DNA of 64,000 nucleotides from Ptychomitrium polyphyllum (taxonomy: Eukaryota). How positions within the stretch are numbered: the stretch's first letter is position 1; each line of letters starts with the position of its first letter. A program made the translations under genes and the position numbers. The stretch lies in assembly GCA_973851085.1 (NCBI GenBank), contig OZ316775.1, positions 21,142,001-21,206,000 of the forward strand. The letters are read 5' to 3'. Of the stretch, positions 57,301 to 64,000 are shown piece after piece. Under the pieces are notes generated by a model, which saw nothing but the letters and a program-made list of their open reading frames with translations, did not search any database and was not told where the DNA came from.

Positions 57301-57479
57301 CTGTGAGGTTAACTTTTCTGACGCGGATACTGTTAGATTGTATCGTGCCAGCGAGGCAGTAAATATGTGAGGTGGACTCCTCCGTCTTGGCACTCTTGAG
57401 CGCTGCATCTAGTCATGGTTATTGGAATTTCATGAAAAAACTGGATTATGGGGCTCATTGGCTTTTCAGGGGAAATTAC

Positions 57480-58950
57480 AATGCACTAAAGCATTTGTTG
57501 TTTAGATACTGTAGGAATAAGTTATGAACTTTTTGAGTTTTGAATGGTAGATCTTAGAGTATTAGTAGATTATATATTGAGTTATTCAATATTCTTTAAG
57601 CAGTAGTTACTAAGTTTTCAACATATGTTAATAGTTCATTTTAAAATAGTTTTGGATGTAGTCATGGTTAGTGAAGATGGATTCGAAACATATGTGAAGA
57701 TTTGTTTTATAATTTAGGTATGTGTTTATAAAACCAAATTAAGTCAAATGGCATAAAATTCTTCTAAAACTCCTTCTATTACGTTTTTGAAGATATTTTT
57801 TTTAAGGTAATAATTATCTTTTTATTATCAAAATTTAACAAAATTTGAGATGGGAATGATTCACAAATTCAACTTATTAATCTTGTTCTTGAATTTATTG
57901 TTGTTATAAGCTTTAAATGCAATTAATTCAAAGTATAATGAAACTTATAATACTTTTAATTTTTTTCTCCAATGAAAAAAATTGGTTAAAAATATTTCTA
58001 ATTCTATATTTGGAACCTAACTATTTTCAATTTCAATAAATTGTTTGAAATAAAAAATCAAACATAAATCAAAAATCTATTGGAATCTCAATATGATACA
58101 AATTAGTATATATAACTTAAATTAGTATCTAATTTAAATTTTTTTAGTAATTAAACATATTAAATGAAGAATCAATTATTCTTTAATCAAACCTTGCTAA
58201 TAAATGTGAATTAGAGAAGCAATTTTTATTTTAAATATTTGACATGTTTTATGATGCCCCTTGCTTGTAATATTTTGTTGCTATCATCTATAACATACAA
58301 GACTTGATTTTTAATATACATCATAAATGTTTGATGTTTAAAAGTCAAATTCCATGCATGAACTATGAATACTACAATTAAGTAGATTATTGCCTAGTTT
58401 AAAAATTTCATTTATGGATGTTGAATGAAGTGCACTTTAGATACAAGTGAGATTAATTTTTTGTGTCATAATTGCACTTATGCATAAGACAAGCTTGGTA
58501 ATACAAAACAAGAATTTTTGCATTGATTGTATTATGGAGTTGACTAGATTTCTAATTTTCAATCACAAAGTGTAAACATCAATTGTTCCTAATTATCCTT
58601 GGTAGAACTTAATAAATTCAAGTCTACAATCAAAAATCTATAACAAAGACTAAAAAATCAACATGTATCTTTACAAGTTTTTAAACAACCTACCAAATGT
58701 ACTTCTATCTTAGACACTTGGTATATAATTGTACACAATTTTTGATGAGCCTAAGCAACTTGTTGATAAATACTTGAACACTAGGAAACTTAGTTCATTG
58801 ATTTTTGTATATTTAACTTCAATATTATTGATTATATAAAACAGCTACTACATTTGATTGAATTCTTTCTCAACTATCATATTATATCTCTTTTACCAGC
58901 CCATTGTATATGAATGTACCTCAGATATCATGTAAACTTATGATACTTAT
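57480..58950. other. Very AT-rich intergenic block, probably an unrecognisable transposon relic
   Basis: Composition resembles the decayed elements at 1-19 kb; no ORFs and no diagnostic motif found. Confidence 0.35.
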
Positions 58951-59333
58951 ATTTATTCAGATGTTTATTATTGTAAGCTTTAGAATGCACCTTAAGTGTT
59001 CAGTCAGCTACTTGTCTACTCGTGTTACAAAAAATGATCAAGTCCAGAGTGATTAGAACAATTCAAGTGCACATAATTCACATTTAAAAAACAGTAGCTG
59101 ATGTGGCAGTAATAATAACAACCACGCAGTCTCAAGAATCAGAATCACAACTGCCTCCGTAAACGCTTCTAAGATTTGCCTCTCAGAAAATCACCCTGCA
59201 GGTGAACTCAACTACAGTCTCTGCGTACAAAAGGTAGTCTGCGTACAGTATGTGCTTTCGCAGGCTTCGCCGCGAAGAGACAAAATAATTAGAAATTTTA
59301 AATTACAGTTAATTCAGACTACTAACTCAGAGT

Positions 59334-62300
59334 TCACACCAATGTTAACTCATCAGTGACTGGCTCTGCTTGAAAGGACGACGCAATGCCTTCTTTTCCC
59401 AGTCTTTGTCGAAGCTCGTGGAGCATTGAGCCAGCTTCATTGATGCGAGCAGACGTCTGCCGTCCAGAAAGGGTCGCTCCCTCCATGCTGTCAATGTAGT
59501 CCTATTCCAGCAGATCCAGACCAACATGAGCACTTAGCTTTTCAAAGTATTCACTTTTCATTCCAAGGCTTTCCCCCTTCAGACCTTGTCAACCAATATA
59601 AGGAAGCTCATTGAACGAAAGGAAATAAGGATTCAAGTACAAAATGATTTAGAGTTGTAGGCTCCCAAAAAACATGAGCATTATTTCCTAATCTAAACTG
59701 GCCCTTAGTGAAATCACCGTATAAATCATTTTCTTACAAACATCAGGTAAGTATGTCATTACCTGCTTGGTGTATGAACCAGAGAGGAAAAAGTTGGAAA
59801 CAGGTGTCTTTTGGTCAGGTCGGAACACGTCCATGCCAGGAGCTTCACGATATAATGACTGGTTGATCTTGACCACATTTGACCATGTCATCTCCAGCCC
59901 ATTAGCCGAGGGAAAAAGCCGAAGAACCTGGGTAATGAAGTGGTTTAAGTCAAAGAGTTCAACCATCACTATAGTACAATCCCAGTAATCAACCAGTCCG
60001 AATTCACCTAGGTAAACTCAAATAACGCTAATTCCCAATTCTTAGTTGTGAAACATCCACGAACCAGTCAAATAGCTAGTTAAAGATAATCCAAGTATCT
60101 TATCATCAGAAGAACCTTATTGTATAAAAATCTTCCCCAATAAAACGAAAACAAACCTGTTCATGTATCTTTTTTACGATCTTGTCGTTTGGTAATGACA
60201 TGTATGGATCTCCGGGAGTAATCACCGCTCTGGTCATGCACACACGCGTTCATCATTTTATGCACGAAAGGATCTAACAAAAGTATAGCATTCAAAGTTG
60301 ACCCAAGTACAAGCTAGATTGTCAATCTGCATGAGTATAATCATTATTAACACTTTCTTTTGCTAACAAGACAGGAACTTACTGGATAAGGGAGCCTTCT
60401 CCAGGTTTGTAATAATCCTCGGGTGATGTCAATGCAAGATCAGCAAAACAGGAGAAATCTGCATCAGCTGAGTATAGCAGATTATCCAATCCAGCAGCTC
60501 GCTGCAGCTGTCTGCATCATCTCAACAAAAAGAACACAATCAAATATTGGTGATTTATTAATTGATAGCAGAATAACCACCCTTTTTGGCACTGGAAGGG
60601 CAATTTCAAGCTAGCGAAATATCTACGGCTTGTCACACTGGTCAATCATGACTTCTAACTTCAGAGTCTTATTACATTACAACTGGGACTTCATTTGGTC
60701 ATACAAAGTACCTTGAAAGCTCCAAATCTTGCATTTCAGTGATCCAACCATTAAACCGCAATTGCACTGTCACCACAGGTACTCCTACAAGCTTGTATAT
60801 GTTGTCAAAAAACTCCCACTCACGCCAAGGTTGTGGTAGCAGTCTATGAATTCCCGGCACGTCACAAGCTGCATATGCAAAGAGAAAAAACGATAAGAAC
60901 ATGAAAGGATGTTGCAAGCTTACAACTGCGCCAGATTATTCTGCTATCAATTAATATCTAAGGAGTAACAAAGCGATGATCCATGTACCTGCCACGTAAG
61001 CATCTGCCTTGACGATTTGCTTTTCAGTTGCCTGTTGCATAGTACATTTGAAAATTAGAAACACAAGACAACTATCATCTACATAATAACATTTTCGTAA
61101 ACGGTTGCAGTAACTAGGCATCTTCAATGACATTGTGACAATCGGCTCCAACTCTTCCCCTTTGAGAAACAACGACGCAGTAATAGATCACAAGCTACGG
61201 ATACACTCCCCCAATCTACAAAGTACGATACAACGATTGACAAGAAAACTAAAACCTGTTTCTATTTGACAATGCTATGTGACTCAATGAAAGCACAGGA
61301 ATAAATCATCTCAAGCGTTATGTCATACTCACCTTTGTCATGACAAGTCCAGTAACATACGTTTCTCCCTCAGGACTGCGATCGTAAAGGACCTCTCGAC
61401 AACCCCATCGTAAGTGGAACCTGCAACAGACAAAATTACACGATGAATATTCTTTCGGGAAGCGTAGGTTTGGCATATAGTGCAGGACCACTATGATCCA
61501 CTGCAAGAAGGTTCATTCAAATAGATACAGTTAATGCGACCGTTTACACTGGCACGCTGTATCAACGAAAGAGAGATTACATAGCAGTCATCAAGACTTA
61601 ACTTCGAGTATAAACCATACCTGCCACCTTTGGATTTGATGTAGTCTGCAATAGGTCCGTTGAGACGCATATCAGGAGAACCGTTGAGCATTCGCAATAC
61701 TGAGGCCTCGGTTTTGGTAGCAAAGAAGGCAAAAATGGTGAGCATGCACCGGGCGCTGATATTATCACAGTCTATAAAGCCCAGAGCATAGGCAATAGGG
61801 TCCCACATCCTCGTGATACTCATACGAGTTCCGCCATGTGACATGAACCAGTCTGAAAAACTCACCTGCCCAATCGCCACATATCATTATTAACACTACT
61901 TTCTGTGAACCAGAAAAGTAGAAAAGACGATGAACAATTATGCAAAATTCGGAAACAAGTCTCATATTATTCTGCATAATTCTTCGTTCTTTACAAAACA
62001 AGTCTCATGTTCAGTTCCGATCATTCCCAATCATTACTGGCTTCTTAGGAATGCGCTAGCTTTAACAAAAAGCCGTTGAATTCTAAAAGGAATGACATGG
62101 TTGTACAAAGATAATTGTTACCTTATCCAAATCCCGGATGTTGCGCATAGCTCCCTCTGGATCGACCAACGCTCGCACAACTGGGCTAGTTGCCAGTGCC
62201 AGTGCGTTCGCTACCTTGTCAAAAGGCTGTGTGACATCAAAATTATACAACTATACACGTCGGCGTTTGCTAAAACCTCATGACAATACGCAGAGCTATA

Positions 62301-64000
62301 AAATTGCAGTAGACTACTTCCATTCATCACATGAGATGAATGTTTTTGATCCAGAACAAGTTCGTGGGTAAGAAAAAAAGAATATTTGATGTTTACAGAA
62401 CGATTGGTACTTACTTGAAGCTGGTTCGTGGTGACGAACGCCTTCATGCCATGCAGAGGTGCTCCGACTGGAAATCTGAAGTCCAGCTCTGAAGAAGTGC
62501 ACCCAGTAGTAGAATGTGAGCAACCGTTTCTAAGTTCAACGTAATTCAACCCTTCAAGTGACTTCGTAGAATCCCAACGACCGATTTTGTGATAGATGGT
62601 CAACTTAATGAGTAGAATTTGCACTTCGATTCACTACTCAAATGCTTCTAGCTGATTACACGTGAGCCTACCCGTGTATCACTTAGGACACTCTGCAACA
62701 GGTCACAGCCAGAACGCATGACAATTTCGACCTAGTTACTATGTCTCATTTTATCGCTACAACACGCTTCAAGAGCTTCTTCCTCATTCCAGCGAAGCCA
62801 GATTCATTCAAACATGGAGAGCATGAAGCCAAACATGACATAATTCACCGCGGCTATTTTTAACTAATATTCCTTGAGATGAAATATGCGAAAACAACTG
62901 ACCTCCAAGGTTGCCACCTTCGTTTATGAAAGTGTGAGTATGATCCTTGAGTAACAAATTGTTATCTGCTCCGACCTACAAAGAATAATATCGTGATTAG
63001 TCGACAGGATTGCTTGTGTACCCCTACTTCTCTACTTAAAACAAATGATTTCACGTGTTGATCAAAAGCACCAGGAAATTGGAATTTTGGCGTAGAAAGG
63101 AAAGAAAGTAGAGTGTACGTCTAAATGATTCACACGTGATTAAACGCAACCAGGTCATAGAGTCTCTGCATTGGTTCATACCCTAAGCCATAAACCCCAG
63201 CGCGTAGAGATTATCAACGACGAAGGAAACCTGACTTAATGAACCAACATACCCAATCCTTTTCATTGAAAAGAATTCCAGGACGCAAGACCAGGATTTA
63301 CATAAATAAGGATACATACGAAGAAGCTACGTCCAATTTAAAGGCTTGAAACCCAAGTCCACGTCAAATGGACATCGATGAGAACAGTACCTTCTTCAAG
63401 AGACGAAAGAGATTATTGTAACACCCGAAAAACACATGCAAACCCATCTCGATATGGTTCCCTTTCTTGTCCGTGAACGACCCCACCTTCCCACCAATGA
63501 ATTTCCGCGACTCATAAATGTCTACCTGGCCACAAGCAACGCCAATGCTCAACGCCCCACCAAAGGATATACAACAAGCAACCCTCAACACAGCGCCCAC
63601 TCGAATTCATCAAAAAAAAACTTCATCACGCACAATTGGCAGAAAACAATCACAACCACAGAGAACACGAGGCAGCACCTCGTGGCCTTGCTCGAGAAGC
63701 TCCACTGCAGTCGACATGCCCGCAAGCCCAGCCCCAATGATGGCCACTTTGAGCTTGGGTCCCGTGTACGCCTCGGGCTCCGGAGGAAACAAACCCCTGG
63801 GCGCTGAAACCCAAACTCCACACCCGCGGTGAAATCAGTGTCCATCTCAAACAACAGGGAGCAACACTAGAACCCCCACACCAGGAACCAGAATCGCAAT
63901 GCTAGTCAGAGAAATCTCCTTGACGAGAGCTCTTGCGCACCTTTTCTGCTCATGTCCGACACCATACTCTGCAAGCTAGCTGCGACTTGCAGCGACCCCA
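59334..64000 (-). CDS. ZDS: Zeta-carotene desaturase (5'-partial; start lies beyond the window)
   Basis: Motifs: [151 protein letters not shown]. Stop at 59334-59336. Confidence 0.97.

Overview
Eukaryotic, intron-rich plant nuclear DNA. It is most consistent with a moss such as Physcomitrium patens, but that is an inference from gene and repeat style, not a database result. Positions 1-19 kb are an AT-rich block of decayed transposons: L1-like LINE remnants, a Gypsy pol remnant, two copies of one LTR family, and a young 1145-bp solo LTR with a perfect GATGA target-site duplication. The block also holds a disabled, intronless DUF3455-like secreted-protein gene. The most unusual structure is a ~9.3-kb unit (6791-16090) bounded by long inverted repeats and enclosing decayed LINE-like ORF1/ORF2 sequence. 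Positions 19-64 kb are gene-dense: CSN2 (+), a kinesin-12 (-) with several apparent lesions, PEX7 (+), a small membrane-protein gene (+), a serine carboxypeptidase III-like gene (+), a 56-aa membrane microprotein absent from the ORF track (-), and zeta-carotene desaturase (-, 5' end outside the window). All exon and motif calls were read by eye; transposon boundaries are approximate.
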